A stretch of 64,000 nucleotides of DNA from an uncultured Verrucomicrobiae bacterium. GTDB lineage: Bacteria > Verrucomicrobiota > Verrucomicrobiia > Chthoniobacterales > Chthoniobacteraceae. Below, piece after piece: positions 51,801 to 61,000 of the stretch (positions are counted from its first letter, which is position 1; each line of letters begins with the position of its first letter). The notes under the pieces were generated by a model. It was given only the letters and a program-made list of their open reading frames with translations, was not told the origin of the DNA and did no database searches. Made by a program: the position numbers and the translations under genes. The stretch covers positions 384,001 through 448,000 of the forward strand of contig CAVYKI010000006.1 in assembly GCA_963769025.1 (NCBI GenBank), read 5' to 3'.

Positions 51801-52551
51801 GTTCATCTACCGGCTCATCGTGCGCGAGGCGCGGCCGGATTTCGCGGTGAAATTCACGGAGTCCGCGAGTGTGGTGAATGTGGGAAGCGGCGCGGCGTTC
51901 ACGCTGACGGCGGAACGGAAGGATGGATTTGACGGTGACATCGTTTGCGAAATCACGGGCGTCCCGGCGGGTTGGCATGTGACGAGTCCGCTGGTGATCC
52001 AGGCGGGGCATCTGCAGGCGAAGGGAAGCATCTCGGCGCTGCCGGGCGCGGGGAAGTGGACGGCCGCGAAGATTTCCGCGACGGCGGACATTGACGGGAA
52101 GCGGGTCTCGCATCCTGCCGGCGAAATCGCGGGCGTGAAGGCGGAGGGCGAGCCGCCGATCGTGGTGTCGTTACAGCCGGCGGGTGCGGATCACAGTGCG
52201 CCTGCATTTCAGCGCGACGCAGCGGCGGTGCCGCGCGAAATCACGATCTCGCCGGGTGAGACGGTTTCCGCGTGGGTCGTGCTGAAGCGCGGGAGCGCGA
52301 AGGGCGCGCTGCGCTTCGATGTGGAGAATCTCCCGCACGGAGTCGTGGTGGACAATCTCGGGCTGAACGGCATCACGCTGCTGGAAGGGCAGGACTCCGG
52401 TGAGATTTTCCTGAAGGCTGCACCGTGGGTGCCGGAGACGGATCGGCTCGCGTATGTCGTGTGCCGCGAGGCGGGCAAGCAGGCGTCGCTGCCGGCGCTG
52501 CTGCACGTGCGGCGGAAGGGTCTGGCGGCGGACGCAAATGCGAAGCCCTGA
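48895..52551 (+). CDS. Secreted planctomycete cytochrome c / WD40 / PPC-like domain protein (1218 aa)
   Basis: CLDCH...MPP...WIDAGA; repeated GH...SPDG...WD/WN; PPC-like DDDG, DSRLLFTAPADGDY. Confidence 0.9.
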   Translation: MKLRFFLPLLAACLPLHAEEPDYFPGVAKLIEDRCLDCHTADDPDGKLVMERHEDILKGGESGAVVTAGKGGESLLVKYLRGEVEKDGKKRFMPPGKREKLTADEIEMFVKWIDAGAKPPQRAMEKKIVEVPKVQPKGTPRVPVNALAFSPQAKLVAAAHGTVVELVDPASQAVVKRLEGHRGAVNAVVWSADGTMLFAASGEQAIEGEVRQWNVSEAKLARIFTGHRDMIFAVALSPDGKTLATGSYDQKIKLWNVAEGTERKTLGGHNGAVFGLAFRPDGKLLASASADRTVKLWDVASGERRDTLSQPTKEQFAVAWSADGKRLAAVGADNRIRVWQVSADAKETTNPLVVARFAHEQPILRLVWSADGATMLSSAQDGTVRVWDAAEVKERMLLEKQPDWPTALAFSGDTVVTGRADGTVAFYDAKTGKVIVAPKSGAVEKCGHEMRSRKIFCQAKTAMAKPASAPKGPSVSGISPRGIERGPMLELKLTGANLPAILSVKCEDARVRVFTGSPEKDAVPVVISTPGNLPRGGYAIVVSGADGKEIGRATLRIEDITVIDIPAASAMQKLTALPVNVWGTIAKAGESDRHEFEAKVGTTLIFDCQAKALGSKANAVLTLVDAAGRVLATDNNFDASGDPFIAHKFAADGRYAIVVGDAMMTGSAEHFYNLTVGALPFVTALFPLSVPANSETKVELVGYNLPADPASRTVAVKAGASGTAPVKLDGQKFRSRAPAALAVSEEPNFVAAAGCDTVRGAQKLDVPFSVNGRFLKAGTAEHFRFTAKKGMSYAIETEASRRGSPVDTKISVLWPDGRPVERLLLQAVRDSAITFRAIDSAVPDVRVENWREMELNELMWMQGEVAKIFRMPEGPDSGFAFYANAGKRITHFDTSATAHSVDEPCYIVEPHPPGAKLVANGLPVFTLNFENDDDGSRNAGSDSRLLFTAPADGDYVVRVQNSRGDAGERFIYRLIVREARPDFAVKFTESASVVNVGSGAAFTLTAERKDGFDGDIVCEITGVPAGWHVTSPLVIQAGHLQAKGSISALPGAGKWTAAKISATADIDGKRVSHPAGEIAGVKAEGEPPIVVSLQPAGADHSAPAFQRDAAAVPREITISPGETVSAWVVLKRGSAKGALRFDVENLPHGVVVDNLGLNGITLLEGQDSGEIFLKAAPWVPETDRLAYVVCREAGKQASLPALLHVRRKGLAADANAKP

Positions 52552-52642
52552 GAATGCCCTGAGAAAGTGGTTGCCGAGAGGGCGGGGGATTGCTTTCCTC
52601 CGCACCCTCTTAAAACCAATCTCCTAAACAGCAAATCACAGC

Positions 52643-52747
52643 ATGGGTTCCATCAAGAAGCGCCGTAAGTCCAAAATCAACCGTCACAAACGCAAGAAGC
52701 GGATGAAGCTTAACCGCCACAAGAAGCGTTTGCGGTACAAGAGCTAG
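52643..52747 (+). CDS. AURKAIP1/COX24 (bS22/mS38-like) small basic ribosomal protein
   Basis: Not in ORF track: MGSIKKRRKSKINRHKRKKRMKLNRHKKRLRYKS; AC-rich leader. Confidence 0.85.
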   Translation: MGSIKKRRKSKINRHKRKKRMKLNRHKKRLRYKS

Positions 52748-52764
52748 GCGCTACGGTTTGCGTC

Positions 52765-54681
52765 ATGAGCTGGAGCCGGATTTCCGCAAGTCGCCGTTGG
52801 CGGCGCGGGATTTCCGGGCTGCTGGCGGTTTTGTTCGCCGCGGCGACCGGAGCGGCATTTGCCGCGCCGAAACCGGTTAAGAAACCTACGCCGGTACCCG
52901 TGCCTGCGGGTCAGCGCCCGCCTGCGAAGGACGACCTGTATGAAGGTCCGTCCGCGGCTGCGGCTGCGAAACGTGGGGCACCAAAGCCCGGTGCGGAGAA
53001 TCATCTCAGCGCGCCACTTTCGCCGGGGCCGAAGTACGCGGACGCGTGGCCTTCCGAGAAGCGGAAGCCGGAGCAGGATCTGCAACTCACGCACGAAGGC
53101 GAGAACCGTGCGCAGGCGATCGCGGCGTTTGCCGAAGGCCAGATGGCGGACGAGAAGGGCGACCCCGACAGGGCGCTCGAAGCGTGGAAGCGCGCAACGG
53201 ATCTCGACCCGGCGAATGCCGGACTCGCGGTGAAGGTGGCGACTGAGTTGGCAAAACGGAACGAGCCTGCCGAGGCGATCCGCGTGCTGAAGGATTCCAT
53301 CGCGGCGGCGCCGAAGGAGCCGGCAACCTACATTTACCTCGCGCAGGTGTACGCGAAGCACCTGAACAAGCAGGAACTCGCGATCCAGATGGCGCAGAAA
53401 GCGCTGGAAGTGGCGCCGGATTATTTTGGGGCGTGGGCCGCGCTTTATGAACTGCATGCCCAGTCGGGTGAGAAGGAGAAGGCCTCGGGATTGATCGAGA
53501 AAGGGCTGAAGAGCACGTCGAAGAACCCGGCTTTCTGGCTGATGTTCGGGAGCTACCTGCAGAAGGTTTTCCTGAAGGAGGACGGGACGGCGACGCCGGA
53601 GGAATTGCGGCAGATGGAGGTGGCATTCCGCAAGGCCGCCGAGCTGAAGCCGGGCGATGCGTCGGTGCTCGCGCAGACCGGCGATTTTTTTGTCCTGGCC
53701 AGGAGGAGCAAGGAAGCGCTCGAATTTTACGAGCGCGCGGTGAAGCTGAACCAGCCGGCACGTGACGAAGCCACGAAAAATCTTCGCGAAAAATACATCC
53801 GTGCGCTGGCTGCGAATGACCGCAAGGCCGAGGCGATCCCGCTCCTCGAACAGTTCGCGCGCGACCCGAACGAGGCGCTGCGGCAGGACTTGTTCGAACT
53901 GCTGGGCGAGCTTTACGAGCAGAACGGCGAGACGGACAAGGCGATCGAGCAATACAAGCGCTCGCTCGTGCTGGACGCGGGGGAGCCGCGGAATCACTTC
54001 AATCTCGCCAACATGCAGCTCCGCGCGAAGCGGGGCGGTGACGCGGTGGAGACGATGGAGAAGGCGCGGCGGAAATTTCCGGACCGCCCCGACGTGACGC
54101 TCGGGCTCGCGCTCGCATTGAGCGCGGCGAAGCGGCACGCCGATGCGATGAGGATGTTCGCGAATGTGGTCGAGGAGGCGAAGGGCCGGAACGAGGGGCT
54201 GATCGACGGCGAGTTTTATTTCAAGTGGGGCGCTGCTGCCGAGCAGGCGGGGCAGGTGGACAAGGCCGCCGAGCTTTTGCGGAAAAGCATTTCGCTGAAT
54301 CCCGAGGCGCCCGAGGCCTACAATTACCTCGGTTACATGTGGGTGGACCGCGGCCAGAACGTCGAGGAGGCGGGACAACTCATCCGCAAGGCGCTGGAGA
54401 TCAGCCCGGACAACGGCGCATATCTGGACTCGCTCGGCTGGTATTATTTCAAGGCGGGAAAATTCGAACAGGCGAAGAAGGAACTGCTCACCGCGCTTGA
54501 GAAGCTGACCGAGGAGGATGCAGTGGTGTTTGATCATCTGGCCGACGCCTGCGAGCAACTGGGTCACCACGCGGAGGCGATCAAGTACTGGGAGCGCGCG
54601 CTGAAGCTCAAGCCCGACGAACCGGAGAAGATCGAGCGGAAGTTGGAAGCTGCGAAGCAGAAGCAGGCCCCGGGCAAGTAG
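52765..54681 (+). CDS. Exported TPR repeat protein
   Basis: Signal peptide; many TPRs; NYLGYMW, ALEISPDNGAYLDSLGW, DHLADA. Confidence 0.9.
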   Translation: MSWSRISASRRWRRGISGLLAVLFAAATGAAFAAPKPVKKPTPVPVPAGQRPPAKDDLYEGPSAAAAAKRGAPKPGAENHLSAPLSPGPKYADAWPSEKRKPEQDLQLTHEGENRAQAIAAFAEGQMADEKGDPDRALEAWKRATDLDPANAGLAVKVATELAKRNEPAEAIRVLKDSIAAAPKEPATYIYLAQVYAKHLNKQELAIQMAQKALEVAPDYFGAWAALYELHAQSGEKEKASGLIEKGLKSTSKNPAFWLMFGSYLQKVFLKEDGTATPEELRQMEVAFRKAAELKPGDASVLAQTGDFFVLARRSKEALEFYERAVKLNQPARDEATKNLREKYIRALAANDRKAEAIPLLEQFARDPNEALRQDLFELLGELYEQNGETDKAIEQYKRSLVLDAGEPRNHFNLANMQLRAKRGGDAVETMEKARRKFPDRPDVTLGLALALSAAKRHADAMRMFANVVEEAKGRNEGLIDGEFYFKWGAAAEQAGQVDKAAELLRKSISLNPEAPEAYNYLGYMWVDRGQNVEEAGQLIRKALEISPDNGAYLDSLGWYYFKAGKFEQAKKELLTALEKLTEEDAVVFDHLADACEQLGHHAEAIKYWERALKLKPDEPEKIERKLEAAKQKQAPGK

Positions 54682-54903
54682 GCGCTTTCGCGAGGTGGAA
54701 CGTCTCGGCAGCGTGCAGCGGGCTTTTTTTAGACGCGCTGGAACGCGTGGCAGAGCACCGGCGGGGCGTGCTAGCGTACTGCTCCTGGCGCTGGATGCGC
54801 CGGAGCAGCCGAAGCAACGGAAGTGAAACGGACCGCCGCGCTGTGATTCGCACCAATCGCGCTGAGTTCTGCGCTCGCGATGGAAAAATCACTCAATTTG
54901 GTT

Positions 54904-54931
54904 TTGACAGGTGGAGGTGGGTTGCTAGGTT
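54904..54931 (+). promoter_or_regulatory. sigma70 promoter of tRNA-Thr/tuf operon
   Basis: TTGACA 54904-09, 16 nt, extended -10 TGcTAGGTT, GC-rich discriminator gcgcgccc. Confidence 0.65.
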
Positions 54932-55068
54932 GCGCGCCCGCTTTTTGGAAAAGAAGCAGCAGAAAATTCCCAACTCGGTCCGGCGGTCACCCGTCAGTTC
55001 GGGGCGGGGGTTTTCGCTTTTTTTTCCAATGCGGATCGGCCAAAAGCCGGAACCTGTTCTTTGCATTC

Positions 55069-55144
55069 GCCTCAGTAGCTCAGTTGGTAGAGCACGTCCT
55101 TGGTAAGGACGAGGTCATCGGTTCAATCCCGATCTGAGGCTCCA
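55069..55144 (+). tRNA. tRNA-Thr (GGT)
   Basis: GCCTCAG...CGTCC TT GGT AA GGACG...ATCGG TTCAATC CCGAT CTGAGGC T CCA. Confidence 0.97.
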
Positions 55145-55209
55145 TGCCTCCGGCAGGCACCCATTCATAAAAATCCACAACAACAAACAACCACACACAC
55201 CTAACCACC

Positions 55210-56409
55210 ATGGCAAAGGAATCATTCAAGCGCGAAAAACCGCACATGAACGTCGGCACGATCGGCCACGTCGATCACGGCAAGTCCACGCTCGACCGCT
55301 GCGATCGTCCACGTCCAGTCGCTCAAGGGTCTCGCGACCCCGATCAGCTACGCCGACATCACCAAGGGCGGCACCGTCCGTGACGACACCAAGACCGTCA
55401 CCATCGCCGTCTCGCACGTCGAGTACAGCAGCGAAGCCCGCCATTACGCGCACGTCGACTGCCCCGGGCACGCCGACTACGTGAAGAACATGATCACCGG
55501 CGCCGCGCAGATGGACGGTGCGATCCTCGTCGTGTCCGCCGCGGACGGCCCGATGCCGCAGACCCGCGAGCACATCCTCCTCGCCCGCCAGGTCGGCGTG
55601 CCTGCGATCGTCGTCTTCCTGAACAAGGTGGACCTCGTCGAGGACACGGACCTTCTCGAACTCGTCGAGATGGAAATCCGCGACCTGCTCACGAAGTACG
55701 AATTCCCCGGCGACAAGACGCCGATCGTCAAGGGTTCGGCCTCCAAGGCCCTCGCCTGCGGCGATGCGAAGCACGCGGACGCGAACTGCATCGGCGAACT
55801 GCTCGAGGCCGTGGACGCGTTCATCCCGCTCCCCGAGCGCCCGATCGATCAGCCGTTCCTGATGCCCGTCGAGGACGTGTTCAACATTGAAGGTCGTGGC
55901 ACCGTCGTCACCGGCCGTGTCGAGCGCGGCATCCTCAAGAAGATGGAGGAAGTCGAAATCATCGGCATCCGCGACACGCAGAAGACCACCGTCACCGACA
56001 TCGAAATGTTCCGCAAGCTCCTCGACGAGGCGCGCGCAGGTGACAACGTCGGCGTGCTGCTCCGCGGCATCAAGAAGACCGACGTCGAGCGCGGCCAGGT
56101 CTCGCCAAGCCCGGTTCGGTGAAGCCGCACAAGAAGTTCAAGGCCGAGATCTACGTCCTCTCCAAGGACGAGGGTGGCCGTCACACGCCGTTCTTCTCGA
56201 ACTACCGCCCGCAATTCTATTTCCGCACGACGGACGTGACCGGCTCGGTCACGCTCCCGACCGGCGTCGAAATGGTCATGCCCGGCGACAACGTGAGCAT
56301 CGAGGTCGAACTCATCTGCCCCGTGGCGATGGAAAAGACGATGCGCTTCGCCATCCGCGAGGGCGGCAAGACCGTCGGCGCAGGCCGCGTCACCGACATC
56401 ATCGCCTAA
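55210..56409 (+). CDS. tuf: Elongation factor Tu, frameshifts near 55294 (+1) and 56100 (-1)
   Basis: [45 protein letters not shown]; 399 aa joined. Confidence 0.97.
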
Positions 56410-56430
56410 CGAAACCATTTGCCGATTCAC

Positions 56431-56465
56431 GCGCGGGGTGGAGAGTCCCTCCACCTCGCGCTTTC
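56431..56465 (+). terminator. Hairpin between tuf and tRNA-Trp
   Basis: gcgcggggtggag-agtcc-ctccacctcgcgc followed by only ttt; weak terminator or processing stem. Confidence 0.45.
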
Positions 56466-56476
56466 GGCTCAGAGAT

Positions 56477-56553
56477 ACGGCGAGTAACTCAATTGGTAGA
56501 GTAGCGGTCTCCAAAACCGCCTGTTGGGGGTTCGAGTCCCTCCTCCCGTGCCA
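56477..56553 (+). tRNA. tRNA-Trp (CCA)
   Basis: GCGGT CT CCA AA ACCGC; T loop TTCGAGT; 3' CTCCCGT-G-CCA; 5' arm ACGGCGAG has one extra base (likely indel). Confidence 0.93.
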
Positions 56554-56571
56554 CCCTGACAGCCAAAGCCC

Positions 56572-56784
56572 ATGTTCGCAAAGACCACCAATTTCATCCG
56601 CGAGGTTAAGACCGAGCTCCAAAAGGCGACGTGGCCTTGGGACCCGAAGGAAAAAGCCTTCGGGGCCAAGTACAAGGAACTCATCGATTCCACCATCGTG
56701 GTCATCATCGCGATGCTTATGCTCGCAGCCATCGTGACGGTTTTTGACTTTGCGCTGATGCAGATCAGCCGCCTCCTTTTCTAA
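56572..56784 (+). CDS. secE: Preprotein translocase SecE
   Basis: [15 protein letters not shown] plus one TM; between tRNA-Trp and nusG. Confidence 0.93.
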   Translation: MFAKTTNFIREVKTELQKATWPWDPKEKAFGAKYKELIDSTIVVIIAMLMLAAIVTVFDFALMQISRLLF

Positions 56785-56794
56785 ATTTATACCC

Positions 56795-57364
56795 ATGACC
56801 GAAGAGCAAAAACGCAAGCAGTGGTATGTCGTCCACGTCCTCTCCGGACAGGAGAAGAAGGTGCACGACAACCTCGTGAAGCGCATCAAAACGGAGGAAA
56901 TGGGCGACTACGTCTACGAGGTCCTGCTGCCCACCGAGCGCGTCTCCGAGGTGAAGCGCGGCAAGAAGACCGAGACCACGCGCAAATTCTTCCCCGGCTA
57001 CATCGTCATGAACATGTGGCTCATCGACGAGAACAAGCAGCTCGTGGACAAGACGTGGTATTTCATCAAGGACACCGCCGGCGTCCTCGGTTTTGCCGGC
57101 ACGAAGGATCGTCCGATCCCGATGCTGCAGAAGGAAGTGGACGCCATGCTCGCGCAGGTCCGCGCCAGCGAGGAAAAGGCCCGCCCGAAGGTCGAATTCA
57201 CGGTCGGCGAGATCGTGAAGGTCGCCGACGGCCCATTCCAGAACCAGACCGGCGTCGTCGAAGAAATCGACCCCGAGCGCGGCAAGCTGCGCGTCAGCGT
57301 CAGCATCTTCGGCCGCGAGACCCCCGTGGACCTCGAATACTGGCAGGTCGAACGCAACGCATAA
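56795..57364 (+). CDS. nusG: Transcription factor NusG
   Basis: [33 protein letters not shown]. Confidence 0.97.
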   Translation: MTEEQKRKQWYVVHVLSGQEKKVHDNLVKRIKTEEMGDYVYEVLLPTERVSEVKRGKKTETTRKFFPGYIVMNMWLIDENKQLVDKTWYFIKDTAGVLGFAGTKDRPIPMLQKEVDAMLAQVRASEEKARPKVEFTVGEIVKVADGPFQNQTGVVEEIDPERGKLRVSVSIFGRETPVDLEYWQVERNA

Positions 57365-57431
57365 CTTTACGCACTGATCCCAAAACCCGGGCGCTGAAGC
57401 CTCTCTTCGCCCACCAAAAAACACACTCACC

Positions 57432-57858
57432 ATGGCAAAAGAAATCGTCGGTTCAAATCAAACTCCAGATCCCAGCAGGCGCCGCCAACCCCGCACCGCC
57501 GATCGGCCCCGCGCTCGGTCAGCAGGGCGTGAACATCATGGCCTTCTGCAAGGAGTTCAACGCACGCACGGCCAAGCAATCCGGGGACATCCTCCCGGTC
57601 GTCATCACCGTCTTCAAGGACAAGAGCTTCACCTTCATCACCAAGCAGCCCCCGGCGAGCTCGCTGATCAAGAAAGCGCTCAACCTCGCCAGCGGCTCGA
57701 AGGAGCCGAACAAGGTGAAGGTCGGCAAGCTGACCAAGAAGCAGGTCGAGGAAATCGCCAAACGCAAGATGCCCGACCTCAACGCCCGCACCACGGCAGC
57801 CGCGATGAAGATCATCGCCGGCACCGCGCGCCAGATGGGCGTGGAGGTCGAAGCCTAA
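57432..57858 (+). CDS. rplK: 50S ribosomal protein L11, frameshift near 57452
   Basis: [38 protein letters not shown]...KMPDLNA...GTARQMG; 141 aa joined. Confidence 0.97.
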
Positions 57859-57880
57859 GCGCGAGCGGCCAGACAATCTC

Positions 57881-57915
57881 GAAGGGGGCGGACGAAAGTC
57901 CGCCCCTTTTCGTTT
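57881..57915 (+). terminator. Intrinsic terminator after rplK
   Basis: ggggcggac-gaaa-gtccgcccc then ttttcgttt. Confidence 0.8.
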
Positions 57916-58088
57916 ATCAGGTGGGTAGAAGGAACAGCGGGCGCAACTATCAATCCGAGGCTGCTTCCCGTCTGCGGTGGGTGAAATACTATGCAGTGCT
58001 GGCTTGTCTTTTCGGGTTGCGAGTTGCATTTTCGCGATGCCGTATCCGGTGCGTCGGCATCGTGCTGTTTCCATATTCGCCATCTCCC

Positions 58089-61000
58089 ATGCCGAACGAC
58101 CATTCACCCGTGCCCAAGGACTTCAAAGGGGTCATGGTCTCGAGCACGTTCACGGATGTGGAGGATCACCGTGCGGCGCTGATCAAGATCATCAAGGCCC
58201 ATGGGTTGACCGAATTGGCGATGGAGAATGATTCGGCGAAGCCCGATGTCGATGTCATCGAGTCCTCGCTTGGCATGGTCCGGGATGGCGCTGCCTACAT
58301 CGGGATAATCGCAAAGAAATACGGCCAAACGCCCAAGTGCCCGAAGCGCAACTCGGGAAAGGTTTCGATCACCGAATTGGAGTTCGACGAAGCCCAACGG
58401 CTCGATCGGCCCATTCTGCTCTTCATCATGGGAGAAAAGCACCTCGTGCTCGAATCCCAGATCGAGACCAAGGCGGCGAACAAGAGGAAGCTGAACGCCT
58501 TCCGTGAGCGCGCGAAGCAGATGGGGCCGGATTCGGAGGTCCACCGGGTTTACGCCACTTTCAATAGCCTGGAGGAGTTCAAGGAGAAGGCTGCGCAGTC
58601 CGTCGCCGAGTTGCGTCGCTACCTCGACGAGCAGGACGACGCTGAGTCCAAAGCCGACGACATCCCCGACGAGGAGAAGAAAGCCGAGAAACGCGATCCC
58701 GACCCGATCCCGAAGCCGCCCGCATTCTACGCTGAGCCGGCATACCTCGGTTCACACGAGTTCGTCGGGCGGAGGGATCAGTTGGAGACTTTGAATGAAT
58801 GGGCGCTGCCGGCGGACTCGCATCCGGTGCTGCTCTTTGAAGCCATCGGCGGCACGGGCAAGAGCATGCTCACGTGGGAGTGGGTGCGGAAACACGCTCC
58901 CGCGGTGCAGCCGTGGGCGGGGCGCTTCTGGTATTCCTTTTACGAGCGCGGGGCCATCATGGCCGACTTCTGCCAGCGGGCGCTCGCCTACATGACCGGC
59001 CAGCCGCTGGAGGAGTTGCGGAAAAAGAAGACCACCGAACTCGCCCCGCAGCTCCTGCATCAGCTCCAGGCCCGGCCGTGGCTGCTCGTCCTCGATGGCC
59101 TCGAACGCGTGCTCGTGGCCTACCACCGCATCGATGCCGCGCAACTCCGCGACGAGGAAGCGGGCCAGACCGACGAGATCGCCCAGCGCGATGTCTGCGC
59201 CGCCATCCGCCCGGAGGACGACGAACTCCTGCGGCAGCTCGCCGCCGCCGCGCCGTCGAAGCTCCTGCTCACCTCCCGGCTCATTCCCCGCGTGCTGTTG
59301 AATAAAGCCAGCCAGCCCATCCCCGGCGTGCAACGCGTGCCGCTGCCCGGCCTGCGCCCCACCGACGCCGAGGCGCTCTTCGGCGCCTGCGGAGTCACCG
59401 GCGACTCGACCGCCATCCAAGCCTACCTCAAAACGCACTGCGATTGCCACCCGCTCACGATCGGCGTGCTGGCGGGGCTGGTGAAAGACTACCTGCCCGA
59501 CCGCGGAAACTTCGACCGCTGGTCCGCCGACCCCGACGGCGGCGGCCGGCTCAACCTCGCCGAGCTCGATCTCGTCCAAAAGCGCAACCACATCCTGCTC
59601 GCCGCCATCGCCGCGCTGAGCCCGGAAAGCCGCCAGCTCCTGTCAATGGTCGCGCTGCTCTCGGAGGCCGTGGATTACGAAACGCTCAAAGCTCTCAACC
59701 CGCACCTGCCGCCGGAGATCAAGAGGGTATCGGTACCGAAGAAGCCGGAAGACCACTGGCGCTGGAGAATCATGTCCGAAGAGGAAAAAGAGGAGACGAA
59801 GAAGCCATTTGAAACCTCCCTCCAGCGTCGGGCGAAGTATGAGCAGGCGATGGAGGCGCGGCTTCGATCGCCGAAGTTCCTTGCCGCGACGAAGCATCTG
59901 GCGGCGACGATCAAGGACCTCGAAAGCCGCGGCCTGCTGCAATACGACCCGCAGGCAAAGCACTACGACCTCCATCCCGTGGTACGTGGCGTCGCCACGG
60001 GGCAACTCGCGCAGACTGAAAAACAAACCTATGGCCAACGAGTCGTGGATTACTTCTCCTCGAGGCCGCACATTCCGTACGAGAAGACCGAGACGCTTCG
60101 GGATTTGAGCGACGCCCTGCACGTCGTACGCACCCTCGTTCAAATGGGACACTTTCAGGAGGCGTGTGACGCCTATCGAGGTGGCCTTGCGCGTGCGCTC
60201 CTTTTTAATTTGGAAGCGAATGTCGAGGTTGTGGCGTTACTCCGTCCTTTCTTTCCGGCCGGGTGGAACAATCTGCCGCAGCAGATGACTGAGGACGACG
60301 CTGCGTATCTGACGAACGACGCCGCAATCGCGTTGGGCAGACTTGATCAACAATCTGCAGAACTTCTTTGCTATGAAACTGCCATCCGATCGGCTCTGAA
60401 GCGCAAAGATTGGCAACCAGTCTCGGTATACCTGCGGAATTTTTCGGTGACTTACTTTCAGAAAGGCGAACTCGCGAAGGCCGATCGTTACGTGCGATTC
60501 GGGTTGGATCTCGCGCGCCTAACTGATGATGAGGATGAGGTTTTCATGACTCGCTTGCATCTCTTCGAGCAGCTTTCCCATCGGGGTCGTCTGGAAGATG
60601 CCGAGGACGTGTGGCGGTCTCTCGAAAGAATGGGCCTTGATCGCCCCCGTGCGACCTACCGTCGCGACTATGCTGAATTTCACCACGCCTACTCTCGATT
60701 TGAACAAGGTACCTTACGGGAAGACGATCTCGCCGAGACCGAGGGATTGGCTGCCAAGGGCCGGACCCGGCAACTCATCCGGTGGTTGCGGCGGCTCCGA
60801 GGCGAATGGCTAATTCAACGAGGATCATGGGAGCCGGCGGTCGAGAGTCTGCGTGAATCCGTCCAGATGGCCCGCGAAGTCGGGCAGGAAGATCCCCTTG
60901 CTGAGACGCTGCTCGCACTTGCGAAGCTCCAGTTCGGTCAGCTTGCTGAACCACGCCAAGACGCGGAGCAGCTCGGAAACGCATCCTGGATCGCGCGACT

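Noticed and set aside
56477..56484. tRNA-Trp with a bulged 8-nt acceptor strand
   Set aside because: One extra C in a region with nearby indels (56100, 57452); probably a sequencing error.
55210..57858. tuf and rplK pseudogenes
   Set aside because: Essential genes with otherwise intact sequence and normal joined lengths (399 and 141 aa); indel artefacts.
57432..58088. 1299-aa ORF fusing the rplK start to the STAND protein
   Set aside because: Created by the rplK frameshift; it reads through a terminator, and the DUF4062 domain starts after ATG 58089.
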